In this document: piece after piece, positions 35,630 to 48,703 of the stretch
Layout of the letters: each line of letters begins with the position of its first letter
How positions within the stretch are numbered: position 1 is the stretch's first letter
Assembly (NCBI GenBank): GCA_043228905.1
Contig: JBHGNT010000020.1
Location: forward strand, 4,402,001-4,466,000
Direction: 5' to 3'
DNA length: 64,000 nt
From: Azolla caroliniana
Lineage: Eukaryota; Plantae; Polypodiophyta
Program-made: the position numbers and the translations under genes
The notes under the pieces: generated by a model
Told to the model about the DNA's origin: nothing
What the model saw: only the letters and a program-made list of their open reading frames with translations
Databases searched by the model: none

Positions 35630-38600
35630 TGTTGGAAATTGACGCTTTCAAAACCTTCACCTCTCGGCCATAACCGAGGAAACACGAGTCAATGCAGCAG
35701 TAAATCGAAAACACAGAGAGAGAGACTCGAATGCACAGGGTTTAGCGTGGAAAACCCTAGACGGGAAAAAACCACGGGAGTGCAAGACTCCAGCTATCAC
35801 TATACGCAGGGAATGTACAATGGCGAGCTGCAAGGCGACGACCTTGAGCTCGCTGTCCTCACCACAGGCGGCGGTATTACACAGAGGCGTCGACCTCTTC
35901 CTTTCTCTCTCTCTCTCACTCTCTCTCTCGGTTGCTCTCACTTCGCTCCCTCTAAGTGGAAAACAGAAAAATTGAGCAACAACAAAAAACTGTTTGCCCT
36001 AAGTCATATTTATACACATATGACTTTCGGGCTATTTACAAATATAGCCTCAAGGGCCCTTGGCAAACATATTCACAAATATGTCCCCGCATCCGGATCT
36101 CTCTCCGGGTACATTCGTCATCCGGCTCCGTAGCCGGGGTCTTCATCATCCGGATCTGGAACCGGGTCTTCATCTCATTCGGGTCTTCATTTCCGATTCC
36201 CGGACATCCGACCATCCCATCCGGAGGCACCGTAATCCCAACAAACTCCCCCTTCACTTCGGCATGGGATGTCTTTCCAGTCCGACCCTCTTCCGGCACG
36301 CTTCCAGCTTGTCGGGTGTGAGCACTTTGGTCAGCATGTCTGACCCGTTCTCGTCCGTGTGGATCTTCGTCAGCACGAACTCCTGGTCTTCTATCCTTTC
36401 CCGGATCTAGTGATATCTTCGCTGGATGTGCTTCATCCGGGAGTGATAGGCCGCATTCTTCGCAAGGTGGATGGCACTCTGACTGTCGCAGTAGAGTCGG
36501 TACTCCTCCTGCCGGATACCGAGCTCTCAAATGAAGTCCTTCATCCATATCATTTCCTTGCCGGCTTCAACAGCCGCCATGTACTCCGCCTCCGTGGTTG
36601 ACAATGCAACCGTCTTCTGCAGCCTCGACTGCCACGAAACAGCTCCCCCTGCATACGTCATCACATACCCTGATGTGGACCGGCTGGTATCTGCATCAGC
36701 CGACATATCTGAATCGGTAAAGCCGTCGAGTTTGGGATTACCGGAGCCGAATCGGAGGCACACGTTTGCCGTGCCCTTCAGGTATCGGAGTATCCACTTG
36801 GCCGCGTTCCAGTGCTCTTTGCCGGGATTGCTCATGTACCGGCTCACCACTCCGACTGCATATCCTATGTCCGGTCTTGTACACACCATTGCGTACATCA
36901 AGCTTCCGACGGCAGAGGCATATGGTACTTTCATCATGTCCTCCTTCTCAGCCTTTGTCTTGGGGCTTTGCTTGCTGGACAACTTGCAGTTTGCCGGGAG
37001 GGTTGACCCGACTGGTCTTGCTTCCGACATGTTGAACCGGTGAAGCACCTTTGTCACGTACTTCTCCTGTGACAGCCACAACTGCTTCTTCTTCCGGTCC
37101 CGGATGATGTGCATCCCTAGTATTTGCCTCGCCGGACCCAGGTCCTTCATTGAGAAGGTTTGGTGAAGCGCTTTCTTCAGCATCCGTATCTTGACCTGGT
37201 CCCGTCCAACGATCAACATGTCGTCCACGTACAGGAGGAGTATTAGAAAGTCTCCTCCTTCGAACTTCTTCACAAACACGCAGTGATCGGACTGCGTTTT
37301 GTGGTACCCTTCGTTAGTCATGAAAGAGTCGAACTTCCGGTACCATTGCCGAGGAGCCTGCTTCAGTCCGTAAAGGCTCTTCTTCAACCGGCATACCAGG
37401 TGCTCCTTCCCTTTCTTCTCGAATCCTTCCGGTTGCTGCATGTAGATCTCTTCTTCGAGGTCACCGTGAAGGAATGCCGTCTTCACGTCCATCTGTTCTA
37501 CCTCGAGGTCCATGCTTGCCGCTATGCTCAGCACCGTCCGGATGGAGGTCATCTTCACTACCTGGGCAAATATCTCGTCGAAGTCGACGCCCTTCTTCTG
37601 CTGGAACCCCTTCACCACGATCCTGGCTTTGTATCTCGGGGGGTTTCCGGCATCCCCCGGTTTCAGCTTGAACACCCACTTGTTTCGAAGTGCCCGCTTT
37701 CCTTTCGGCAACTCCACAAGTTCATATGTGTGGTTCTCATGCAAGGAATCCATCTCCTCCTGCATGGCACTTAACCACCTGCGGCTATGGGTGTCAAGCT
37801 TTGCTTCTTCAAAACTCTCCGGCTCCCCCTCGTCGGTTAGCAGCACGTGCTCTGGTTCCGGAAATCTCCGGGGGGCCCTTCTCTCTCTTAGAGGATATCT
37901 CCGTTCCGGAGCTTCGGTAACCGGCTCCTCCGTTTCCTCTTCATCCGAATCCATTTCGGGATCGGGGCCGGTACCGGTATCAGTTTCATCTTCCTCGGCC
38001 GGTTCTGTTTCTTCACCGTCTTCGGCCGGATCCTCGAGTGCTAACCGGTCCCTTGCCGGTCGGGACTGCTCCTCGTAGAGTTGATCCTCACCGGTCGACT
38101 TGGAGCTCTTCATCTTCTTCTCCGACTCCCAGTCGGCGAGTGTCTTGTCCTCCATGAAGATGATATCACGACTCCGGAATATCTTTTTGTCGACCGGGTC
38201 CCATACTCGGTAGCCGAACTCGTCATCGCCGTAACCGAGGAATATGCATGACCGGGTCTTTGGATCTAGCTTTCCTCTCCGGTCCTTTGCCACATGCACA
38301 TATGCGAGACACCCAAACACCTTCAGATGCCGGTAGGATACTTCCCTACCGGTCCACACTCTCTGCGGCGTGTCTCCGTCCAAAGGTACTGAGGGTGATC
38401 TGTTTATCACGTATGTCGCCGTCGACATTGCCTCAGCCCAAAACCCCTTGGGTAATTTCGCATGCGCCAGCATACTCCGGACCCTCTCCATTATGGTCCG
38501 GTTCATCCTCTCGGCCAGCCCGTTCAGTTTTGGCGTCTTCGGCACAGTAAACTCGAGCCGGATTCCCTTTGAGCGACAGTACTCCTCGAACTGCCCCCGG

Positions 38601-40991
38601 TATTCCCCTCCGTTATCCGCTCGTATCGCTTTCAGCTTCTTGCCGGATTCCCTTTCCACTCTCGCGTGGAGTTCTTTGAAGACGCACAACACTTGGTCCT
38701 TTGTCTTCAACGGTGCCGTCCACAACTTCCGGCTGTGGTCATCAATGAATGTCACGAAGTACTGGGCTCCGCCATGTGACTTCGTTTCTACTTGATACAC
38801 GTCAGTGTGCACCAACTCCAATGGTGCGCTACGTCTCGTCGGTGGCCTTGAGTGGAAGGAGGTTCGGTTCTGCTTACCGGCCAGGCAATCGGTGCACTTC
38901 TCCAGGTGCACATGCTTCACTGGAATAAGGTTGTCTTCTGCAAGCCTCTTCATCCCCTTCTCACTCATGTGGCACAGTCTCTTGTGCCACAGCTCACCGG
39001 CAGTGTCGGCTGCCACGTTCAACTCCTCCGGACACAACCAGGCATTCATAAGGTACAGTGTGTTGACTTTCCGGGCCCGAGCCACTATCAGGCTCCCCTT
39101 GCTGAACTTCATTACGCAGTTCCGGATGCTACCTGTGTAGCCTTCATCGTCTAGCCTCCCGGCCGAAATCAGGTTTAATCGAACCTCCGGAACGTGTCGA
39201 ACATCCTTCAGTAACGTGTCGAGGTTGTCAACCACACGTCTCCTATGCCGGCAATCCGGCACGTACCTTCATTTCCCATCCGAACACAGCCATGCTCACC
39301 GGCTGTGTAGGATGAGAAGTATCTTCTTTCCGGGGTCAGGTGGAACGACGCTCCGGAATCGACCACCCAGGTAGTCTCATCGCCGGCAATGTTTAGTTCA
39401 CCTTCTTCGGTGATGAGCATGATCTCCTCTTCACTTGCCGTGAGTGTCGTCGTTCCTTTCCGGTCCTGCCCTCGCCGATCCGAACCATTCCGGTCCGTGG
39501 CTCCCCGGTAAGCACCGTTCCGTTCCGAAGACTTCTTCGAATCGGTGTCGTCGGCTCCGTTGTCTTTTCGGTAATGCCGACAATTCTTTCGGAAGTGCCC
39601 CGGCTTCCCACAGTGGAAGCATGTGGGCCTTCCTCTTGACTACGACCGGGTCCCCGACTTCTCCCGTCTTTGCGGACTCCGGTTCCGTTGTCTTCCCCGA
39701 TCCGATTCGGTAAGCAGCATCTTCGGATCGGAGGCCGGTTCTTTATCTCTCCGACGCGCTTCTTCGTTCAAAATGCTTGTCTTTACCGTTTGTAGGGACA
39801 AGTTATCTTCGGTGCAGGAGGTGCTGAGAGTCACCACCAAGTTCTCCCAGCTTTCCGGCAATGTACACATCAGCATGATGGCTTGCATTGCATCCTCCAA
39901 CGGGAACTTGATCGCCGCAAGCTGGTTCAGGAATCCCATGAACGTGCTTACGTGTTCCACCATACTCTCGCCGTCCCGGTACTTGAGGTTCACTATCTTC
40001 CTCATCAGGGAGGTCCGGTTCAACGCATTCTTCCTCTCGTAGAGGCCCGACAGCTTCTGCCACATCTCATATGCGTTGGTGTCGTTCGCCACATGTTGTA
40101 GAACGCTCACGTCGACGTATTGCCGAATGGTTGCAACGGCTTTCCGGTTCAGAAGCCTCCATTCCGTCTCAAGTACCCCCTTGGGTATTTCCGACCTGTC
40201 GATCGGTTCATACAGGTCCCGAACAATGAGCAGATCCTCCATCTTTATCTTCCAGTCGGCGTAGTTCTGTGCATTCAGCACCATCATCCCCGGCTGCCCG
40301 CTGCTGCCGCCTTCCATTTTCTGCACTGCAGTCGCTCTGATACCAGATTGTTGGAAATTGACGCTTTCAAAACCTTCACCTCTCGGCCACAACCGAGGAA
40401 ACACGAGTCAATGCAGCAGTAAATCGAAAACACAGAGAGAGAGACTCGAATGCACAGGGTTTAGCGTGGAAAACCCTAGACGGGAAAAAAACCACGGGAG
40501 TGCAAGACTCCAACTATCACTATACGCAGGGAATGTACAATGGCGAGCTGCAAGGCGACGACCTTGAGCTCGCTGTCCTCGCCACAGGCGGCGGTATTAC
40601 ACAGAGGCGTCGATCTCTTCCTTTCTCTCTCTCTCTCACTCTCTCTCTCGGCTGCTCTCACTTCGCTCCCTCTAAGTGGAAAACAGAAAAATTGAGCAAC
40701 AACAAAAAACTGTTTGCCCTAAGTCATATTTATACACATATGACTTTCGGGCTATTTACAAATATAGCCTCAAGGGCCCTTGGCAAACATATTCACAAAT
40801 ATGTCCCCGCATCCGGATCTCTCTCCGGGTACATTCATCATCCGGCTCCGTAGCCGGGGTCTTCATCATCCGGCTCCGTAGCCGGGGTCTTCATCATCCG
40901 GATCCGGAACCGGGTCTTCATCTCATTCGGGTCTTCATTTCCGATTCCCGGACATCCGAACATCCCATCCGGAGGGACCATAATCCCAACA
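35630..40991 (-). mobile_element. Tnt1/Tork-like copia, nearly complete; LTRs 40349-40991 (5') and 35630-36243 (3'); TSD CGTCT
   Basis: PBS-Met at 40345-40334, PPT at 36257-36244, perfect TSD, near-identical LTRs. Confidence 0.97.
36254..40317 (-). pseudogene. gag-pol: Copia gag-pol with a few lesions (stops near 39640, 36527 and 36408; frameshift near 39210)
   Basis: WVVDSGASFH, LWHKRLCHMSEKG, ADNGGEY, MDVKTAFLHG, LYVDDML and TDSD motifs. Confidence 0.93.
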
Positions 40992-41265
40992 CGTCTGTCT
41001 GTGTATATTGGCGTCTTGCTGGTGTCAGGTGCTCCCCTCCTTCCCTGCGTTTCCTATACAAGAGGGTGTGTGTGTGTATGTGTGCACGCGTGAGCCGGTG
41101 TCAAGCACGCTCTCTCACTCCCTCTCTCCCTTCAGCTGCTTCCGGTACGTTTCAGGGGTGCCCCAGAAATGGTGAAGTGCGACTTCCTACGCTCCGTCGC
41201 TCCCTAGTCCAAGACCCTCGTGGTCCCGCCTTTCTCCACACACGCGCGTAACAACGCGACATCGC

Positions 41266-43360
41266 GGCACGACACGTTGAAGCCGTTAACTACTCAGTGT
41301 CGGAGGGAATTCGGGTTGGCGGTGATGAGATCCGGAAGGCGAAGGACTCCGGATTCTGGCCGCTAGTGTTAGAAGGCCTCTCGGGAGTTCGGCTGAAGAA
41401 GGAAGAGGCGGACCGTGCGGAACAGCGGTCCAGGAGGTCACCGGTTGGGACAATCCGGTCGAAGAGAAAACGGGCTTCGTAGAAGCTGCTTGCCAGAACT
41501 ACGAGGTTCTGGTGGAAGACAAACGGGCAGGAAAGGCCGGAGGGATCGGTCCCCCGCAGAGGTACGAGACCCGGTTCGAACCGAAACCGACCGGTGCCGG
41601 CAACCCAGGGGCGCCGGATGGGAAGAAGCAAGCGGGGTTTCGGTTGAGCACCGAAATCGAGAGAGCAACGGACCTACGGAAGGTCCTTGAAGAGCGGATC
41701 CTTGATAGTAAAGAGGAGTTTTCGTTACGGGAGGTGCTGGGAATCGCCAAGAGGGAGTTCCATGACTCCATCGTAGACTTGGTGAAGCGGAAGAGGCTCT
41801 TGACGGAGCCGGAACCGGAGAAGCTGGTGGAGGTGCGGACCACACACTTGGAAGACATGGCCCTAGAAGATGAGTTGGCGGAAAGCCACTACACGAAGCC
41901 GCATTGGGCCAAGGCAACTATGGAAACCCCTGTACGGATCGACGACGTTCTGGAACTGGTGGTGGCGTTGGTAGACCATGGAACCGAAATCAACCTGATG
42001 TCCATGGATTTCTACAAGAGGGGTAAATGGCCGATCAACACCAAGCATGGCTGGAAAATACGGGCAGCGACACGCGCCACGGAAGAACTACATGGAGCCT
42101 ATCCGAACGTACGGGTGAAAATTGGCGATGTCGAGATCGACCAGCACTTCTTTGTGCAGGAGACATTCTCGCATCCGGTTATACTAGGAGAGCCATACAT
42201 CACGGCGGCACGGATGGAGACCAAGGTGCTGGACAACGGTTCGGCCTATGCAAGAGTCAAGAGCCAGGATGAGCGTCACTCGGTCTAGTTCCTAACGGTG
42301 CGACCAAACCATGAGCGTAACCGCGAGACCCTCGATGGCGAAACCCAAGGGGATTTTTAGAGAGGGCTATCAAGGCGTGGGGCCGCGATAGTCCGGACAC
42401 CCGGGGAAAACCCCACAAATTTACAGTACGGAAGAAGACTTGTACCATAAGTAGGAAATTTTGGTTCTCCGACAACGGAGGATGTACTATGGCCGGCGTC
42501 AACGGCCAGGAAAGGAAGCGAGCGGAGGAGCAGCTCAGGGGATGCAGAGTTCTCTCCCCCGACGAAGAGATCAGCGGAGCCGTGGAGGTGGTCTCTTTTG
42601 ACGACACCTTGGGTGAGTTGCGAAAGGTGATCGGTGAAGACCTTAGAGAAGACCAGATCGTTCCGGTAGGTTCGATGGGAATGTACGAAGTCATCGTGGA
42701 CTTCGGGGAAAGGATCGGGTCGAATCGGACGGCCCGTGTGAGTGCAAAGTACAAGACTGTGGACCGGAAGGTAAGGCAGGTCACGGCACCCTTGCCGGAG
42801 GGCAGCGAGGAGCGGAAAAAAAGGGGTCGCGTCGGACCCAAGTTTACGGAATCCGGCTGGCATAGGGCACCGGTTCACCGACATAATGCTACGGGAGCTC
42901 AAGGTCGGTGGGGGTGGCTTTCTACTGCCGGCGGAGGAGAACAGGTTTCGGAGAATGCTCAGAAGGCATGGGAAAGCCTTCGCGTTCTCGCCGGAGGAGA
43001 TCGGGTGCGTGGACCCGACGATCGTCGAACTGATGGTGATCTTCACGGTACCGCATGTACCGTGGAATCTCAAACCGATTCCGGTGCCGAGAGCTCACAT
43101 CCCGAAGTTGATGGAGCTTCTGAAGCAAAAGGTGGAGATGGGCATCCTCAAACCATCGAGTGCCCCGTATTCGAATCGGTGGTTTACGGTGCCGAAGAAG
43201 AACGGCACGCTGCGCTTCATTCAGAACCTGCAACCGATTTACAGGGTGACCATCCGTAATGCAGGAATCGGACCGACCATAGACGAGTTCGCGGAGGTTC
43301 CTACGGACGATGACGCCGGACGCAGCATAGACGAGAGAAGAGGCGAGCCGGGTACGGAAG
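41266..43360 (+). pseudogene. pol: Family W gag end, protease and RT start; most of RT-RH deleted at ~43297
   Basis: ALVDHGTEINLM, PVILGEP, YSNRWFTVPKKNG; DEFAE is joined directly to the RH-IN linker. Confidence 0.88.
42351..42416 (+). promoter_or_regulatory. Candidate -1 frameshift signal G_GAT_TTT_TAG + downstream stem-loop
   Basis: Conserved at 58397-58332 on the minus strand; the pol frame is -1 relative to the protease frame. Confidence 0.7.
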
Positions 43361-46300
43361 TGTTGGGAGACAGGTCCCTCCGGATGGGAAGGGAGAAGAA
43401 CAGTGCTGATAGGCCGAGGCCGGAACCGGATGAGGAGTACCCGGCTGCGGAGAGTCGGATGGTACAGACCCGGTGAGAATCGGATGAGGAGTACCCGGCT
43501 ACGGAGAGCCGGATGGTGCAGACCCGGTGAGAAGTGCTCACCGGATGAAGAGACATATTCGTAAATATGTTTCTAAGAGCCCATCGTGGCTATATTTGTA
43601 AATAGCCGAAAAGTCATATTAGTATAAATATGACTTAGGGCAAACTATTAGTGTGGTTGTTATTCTTATTGGTGCAAGAAGAGAGATAACACGTAACCGT
43701 GTACAGAGAGAGTGAGAGAGAAAGAGCTCGTTGCCTTTGTTGTAACTGCCGCCTGTGGCGAGGATCGTGAGCATGAGGTCGTTGCCTCCGTGAACTCACT
43801 GTTGTACATTCTAACATAGTGATAGTTTGCAGCCTGTGGGCTGCCGTGGTTTTTTCCCTAGTTTGGGTTTTCCACTTAAACATCCTGTGTACTCTTCTCT
43901 TCACTGTGTCGTGCATTTATTTCCCGTTTTCTATGTATGATTCTAAGCTCGGTTGTGGCCGAGCGTTGCGGATAAGGAACGAGAAGTTCCTGTCAAGTGG
44001 TATTAGAGCAAAACAACACAGAAAATGGACGAATCGTTGGGCGGCATGTTCAAGCTCACCGGCTCCAACTACTCATTATGGAAGTCGAAGATGAGGGATA
44101 TGCTCGTGGTTAAAGATCTTTGGTTGCCGGTTCAGTTTAGGGACAAGAGACCGGCCAAAATCGATGCCACGGTATGGGAGGTGATCCACATGAAGACAAC
44201 GGCGTACATACGGTGCTTCATCGACATGAGCCTGTACAACAACTTCAATGAGGAGAGCAAGGCTCATGAGCTCTGGGAGAAGATCGGCATTATGTTTCAA
44301 AACAAAAATGTTGTTAATCAAGTTTCGGTGTTCCGGAAACTAGTAAGACTCCGGTACCAAGATGGCTCCAACATGGCGGAGCACATGAATGCCTTCCAGG
44401 GGCTGATCCACCAGGCAACTTCAATGGAAGTACCTCTTGCCGATGAGGTACTTGCGCTACTCCTCCTCGGTTCCCTGCCGGATAGCTGGGAGACGTTGGT
44501 TGTCACTTTGGGCAACGCAGGGCCGGAAGGAAAGCGGTTATCCCTAGCAAGAGTAAAGTCGAGCTTGCTAGATGAGGAGGCACGTTGGAAAGATAAGGAT
44601 ACGAGCTCCAACTCCAAAGCGCTCCTTACCGAATCGGAACGCGGAAGACACAGAAACCGTAGTCCCCAGAACCGGGAAAAGTCGGGGACACGGTCAAAGT
44701 CAAGGGGGAGGCCCACTTGCTTCTATTGCGGCAAGACGGGACACTTCCAAAAGACCTGTGAGCATTTCCGTAAAGACAAGGAAACCGACGGTACCGATTC
44801 GAAGCGGACCCCGGACCGGAACGGTAAAGACCGGAAGGGGCCGGACCGGAAGGGAACGACGACAATCGCGGCAAGTGAAGAAGAGTTGATGCTCATCACC
44901 AAGGAGTGTGAGATAAACCTTGCCGGCGACGAGATGACCTGGGTGGTAGATTCCGGAGCGTCGTTCCACCTTACCCCGGACCGGAAATGCTTCTCATCCT
45001 ACTCAGCCGGTGATCACGGCTGTGTCCGGATGGGGAATGAAGGTACATACCGAATTGTCGGCATAGGAGACGTGTGGCTATCGACACCAACTGGATGCAA
45101 GTTGCTACTAAAGGATGTCCGACACGTTCGCAGGTTCGACTGAACCTGATATCAGCCGGTCGGCTAGATGATGAGGGCTACGCGGGTAGCATCCGGAATG
45201 GTGTCATGAAGTTCAGCAAAGGGAGCCTGATTGTGGCTCGGGCCCGGAAGGTAAACACACTGTACCTAATGAATGCCCGGTTATGTCCGGAAGAAGTGAA
45301 CGTGGCATCCGACACTGCCGGTGAGCTGTGGCACAAGAGGCTGTGTCATATGAGCGAGAAGGGGATGAAGAGGCTTGCAGATGACAACCTCATTCCAGTG
45401 AAGAACGTGCACTGGGAGAAGTGCACTGATTGTTTGGCCGGTAAGCAAAACCAGACCTCCTTCCGACCAAGGCCACCGATGAGACGTAATGCACCACTGG
45501 AGTTGGTGCATACGGATGTGTGTGAAGTAGACACTAAGTCACATGCCGGAGCGCAGTACTTCGTGACGTTCATAGATGACCACAGCCGGAAGCCGTGGGC
45601 CACACCGTTGAAGACGAAGGATTAGGTGCTATCCGTCTTCAAAGAGCTCCACGCGAGAGTGGAAAGAGAAACAGGTCGGAAGATGAAGGCGGTTCGAGCA
45701 GATAACGGAGGAGAATACCGGGGGCAGTTCGAGGAGGACTGCCGCTCGAAGGGAATCCAGCTCGAATTTACCGTGCCGAAGACGCCGCAGCTAAACAGGC
45801 TGGCCGAGAGGATGAACCGGACCATAATGGAGAGGGTCCGGAGTATGCTAGAGCATGCAAAACTACCCAAGAAGTTTTGGGCTGAGGCATTGTCGACGGT
45901 GACATATCTGATAAATAGATCACCCTCAGTACCCTTAGACGGAGACACGCCATAGAGAGTTTGGACCGGTAAGGAAGTGATCTACCGGCATTTGAAGGTG
46001 TTCGGGTGTCTCGCGTACGTGCATGTAGCTAAGGACCGGAGAGGAAAGTTAGATCCAAAGACCCGGCCATGCATATTCCTCGGTTATGGAGACGATAAGT
46101 TCGGCTACCGAGTGTGGGACCCGGTCGACAAGAAGGTATTCCGGAGTCGAGATATTATCTTCATGGAGGACAAGACGCTCGCCGACTGGGAGTCGGAGAA
46201 GAAGATAATGAACTCCGAGTCGACCGGTAAGGAACGACTCTACGATGAGCAGACCCAACCGGCAAGAGACCGGTTAGCACCCGAGGGACCAGCCGGTTAC

Positions 46301-48698
46301 GGTGAGGATACCGAACAGGCTGAAGAAGAAGTAGAGGAAGCCGAAACCAGAACCGGCCAAGACCCCGAATCGGATTCGGATGAAGAGCAAATGGAGGAGC
46401 AGGTTACCGAAGCCCGAAGACGGAGATATCCTCTCAAAGAGAGAAGGGCGCCCTGGAGATTTCCGGATGCAAAGCATGTTCTGCTGACCGATGAGGGAGA
46501 GCCGGAAAGCTTCGAAGAAGCGAAGGATGACACCCACAGCCGCAAATGGTTAAGTGCCATGCAGGATGAGATGCATTCCCTACATGAGAACCATACGTAC
46601 GAATTGGTGGAGTTGCCGAAAGGAAATCGAGCACTCCGAAACAAGTGGGTGTACAAGTTGAAACCGGGAGATGCCGGCAAACCCCCGAGATACAAATCCA
46701 GGATCGTGGTGAAGGGGTTCCAGCAGAAAAAGGGCATGGACTTCGACGAGATATTTGCCCCGGTAGTAAAGATGACCTCCATCCGGACGGTGCTGAGTAT
46801 AGCGGCAAGCATGGACCTTGAGGTAGAGCAGCTGGACGTGAAGACGACATTCCTTCACGGCGACCTTGAAGAGGAGATCTACATGCAGCAACCGGAAGGA
46901 TTCGTGGAGAAAGGGAAGGAGCACCTGGTAAGCCGGTTGAAGAAGAGCCTCTACGGGTTGAAGCAGGCCCCCCGACAATGGTACCGGAAGTTCGACTCCT
47001 TCATGACTAATCAAGGGTACCACAAGACGCAGGCCGATCACTACGTGTTTGTGAAGAAGTTCGAAGGAGGCGACTTCCTGATATTCCTTCTGTACGTGGA
47101 CGACATGTTGATCGTCGGACAGGACCAAGCCAAAATACGGATGCTGAAGAAGGCTCTCAACCGGACCTTCTCAATGAAAGACTTGGGTCCGGCAAGGCAC
47201 ATGTTGGGGATGCATATTATCCGGAACCGGTCAGTGAAGCAATTATGGCTATCACAGGAGAAGTACGTGACAAAGGTGCTTCACCGGTTCAATATGTTGG
47301 ATGCGAAACCGGTCGGATCGACACTTCCGGCAAACTGCAGGTTATCCGGTAAGCAAAGCCCGAAGACGAAAGCAGAGAAGGCGGATATGATGAAGATTCC
47401 ATATGCCTCTGCCGTCGGGAGCTTAATGTACGCAATGGTGTGTACCCGACCAGATATTGGATACGCTATCGGAGTGGTGAGCCGGTTCATGAGCAATCCC
47501 GGGAAGGAGCACTGGAACGCGGTCAAATGGATACTCCGGTATTTGATGGGCACTTCAAATATGTGTCTCTGATTCGGCTCCGGAAAACCTCAACTCGACG
47601 GTTTCACCGATTCGGACATGTCGGCTGATGTGGATACCAGCCGGTCCACATCCGGGTATGTAGTGACATATGCAGGGGGAGCTGTTTGGTGGCAATCGAG
47701 GCTGCAGAAGATGGTTGCGTTGTCAACCACGGAGGCGGAGTACATGGCGGCTGTGGAAGCCGGCAAGGAAATATTATGGATGAACGACTTCATCGGAGAG
47801 CTCGGTATCCGGCAAGATGAATACCGACTCTATTGCGACAGTCAAAGTGCCATCCATCTTGCTAAGAATGCGGCCTACCATTCCCGGACGAAGCATATCC
47901 AGCGAAGATATCACTGGATCCGGGAAAGAGTAGATGACCAAGAGTTCGCACTGACGAAGATCCACACGGCCGAGAACGGGTCAGATATGCTGACCAAAGT
48001 GCTGACACCCGACAAGCTGGACGCATGCCGGAAGAGGATCGGACTAGTAAGTCACCCCATGCCGGAGTGAAGGGGGAGTTTGTTGGGAGACAGGTCCCTC
48101 CGAATGGGAAGGGAGAAGAACAGTGCCGACAAACAGAACCGGATGAGGAGTACCCGGCTACCGAGAGCCGGATGGTGCAGACCCGGTGAGAACCGGATGA
48201 GGAGTACCCGGCTAAGGAGAGCCGAATGGTGCAGACCGGGTGAGAACCGGATGAGGAGTACCCGGCTACGGAGAGCCGGATGGTGCAGACCCGGTGAGAA
48301 CCGGATGAGGAGTACCCGGCTACGGAGAGTCGGATGGTGCAGCCCCGGTGAGAAGTGCTCACCGGATGAAGAGACATATTCGTAAATATGTTTCGAAGAG
48401 CCCATCATGGCTATATTTGTAAATAGCCGAAAAGTCATATTAGTATAAATATGACTTAGGGCAAACTATTAGTGTGGTTGTTATTCTTGTTGGTGCAAGA
48501 AGAGAGATAACGCGTAACCGTATACAGAGAGAGTGAGAGAGATAACGCGTAACCGTAACCCTAGTTTGGGTTTTCCACGTAAACATCCTGTGTACTCTTC
48601 TCTTCACTGTGTCGTGCATTTATTTCCCGTTTTCTGTGTATGATTCTAAGCTCGGTTGTGGCCGAGCGTTGCGGATAAGGAACGAGAAGTTCCCGTCA
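43361..48698 (+). mobile_element. Tork-like copia, complete; LTRs 43361-43995 and 48081-48698; TSD GGAAG
   Basis: PBS TGGTATTAGAGC at 43998, PPT GTGAAGGGGGAG and a perfect TSD. Confidence 0.97.
44025..48070 (+). pseudogene. gag-pol: Copia gag-pol with a frameshift near 45130 and stops at 45623, 45953 and 47570
   Basis: CFYCGKTGHFQKTC, DSGAS, and integrase, RT and RNase H motifs. Confidence 0.93.
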
Positions 48699-48703
48699 GG
48701 AAG

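Larger units (their letters stand above)
31611..41261 (+). mobile_element. Non-autonomous family W relative; 5' LTR 31611-32365; partial 3' LTR 35473-35629 + 40997-41261; TSD CCGC/TCGC
   Basis: Same Trp PBS and LTR termini as family W, gag-like ORF only. Removing the element and 4 bp restores the host frame EEAAARH. Confidence 0.9.
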
